Shown piece by piece: positions 63,683-64,000 of a DNA stretch of 64,000 nucleotides. The stretch comes from an uncultured candidatus Porisulfidus sp. GTDB lineage: Bacteria; Pseudomonadota; Gammaproteobacteria; Poriferisulfidales; Poriferisulfidaceae. The position numbers were made by a program, and so were the translations under genes. The stretch is taken from contig OZ220480.1 of the NCBI GenBank assembly GCA_965116025.1, positions 864,001 to 928,000 of the forward strand, given 5' to 3'. Below the pieces are notes generated by a model that had not been told where the DNA came from, searched no databases, and saw only the letters and a list, made by a program, of their open reading frames with translations. Positions within the stretch are counted from its first letter, which is position 1. Each line of letters starts with the position of its first letter.

Positions 63683-64000
63683 TCACTCCCGGTCGAGGAG
63701 GCTGCGAAGCAGCTCGGATTCGGGGCGGCCGGGACGACGCAGCTTGCGCAAGGCCTTGGATTCGATCTGCCGGATTCGCTCGCGCGTCACGTTCAGCTGC
63801 TTGCCGACCTCCTCCAGGGTGTGGTCTTGATTGGTGCCGATGCCGAAGCGCATTTTCAGCACGCGCCGCTCGCGTTTCGACAGGTGCTTGAGCGCGTCGC
63901 GAATCGCCCTGACCACGGCGTCCCGGGCCAAGGCGTCGGCGGGCGATTCCTGCGTCTGATCTTCCAGACGATCTCCGATATGCAGGTCGTCGTCGTCCCC
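63683..64000 (-). CDS. rpoD: RNA polymerase sigma-70 factor, C-terminal part (partial)
   Basis: Region 4: DHTLEEVGKQLNVTRERIRQIESKALRKLR; runs off the window edge. Confidence 0.92.
   Translation of the reverse strand, partial: GDDDDLHIGDRLEDQTQESPADALARDAVVRAIRDALKHLSKRERRVLKMRFGIGTNQDHTLEEVGKQLNVTRERIRQIESKALRKLRRPGRPESELLRSLLDRE

Overview
GC-rich gammaproteobacterial chromosome segment. The housekeeping backbone comprises a serine-cycle-like ppc-mtdA pair, a tkt-gap-pgk-pyk-fba operon, pyrC, bfd-bfr, pcnB-folK/dNK-panBC...panD, a second ppc, pgi with glucosylglycerate genes, Fe(III) and Zn ABC transporters with candidate Fur and Zur boxes, rpsP-rimM-trmD-rplS, tRNA-Ile2(CAT) and the 3' end of rpoD. 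The most striking accessory feature is a dispersed family of paralogous autotransporter genes (32999, 42047, 49875). Each has a 22-27 nt poly-G tract in a conserved context inside the signal-peptide coding region, and all three are out of frame as assembled. Their passenger domains alternate conserved anchors with variable blocks, and a fourth copy (21866) has collapsed by an in-frame microhomology deletion. Together these suggest a phase-variable, recombination-diversified surface-protein repertoire. Other accessory DNA: a complete IS1380-like element (17-bp IRs, 5-bp TSD) plus an orphan right end, four small RTX-repeat-only proteins with a shared C-terminal signal, a lower-GC TcmP/DUF5131/AAA-ATPase islet, a HipBA-like module, phage/IS relics, and an unannotated ~215-nt highly base-paired element (36677-36892). 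All calls come from reading motifs by eye; no database searches were run.
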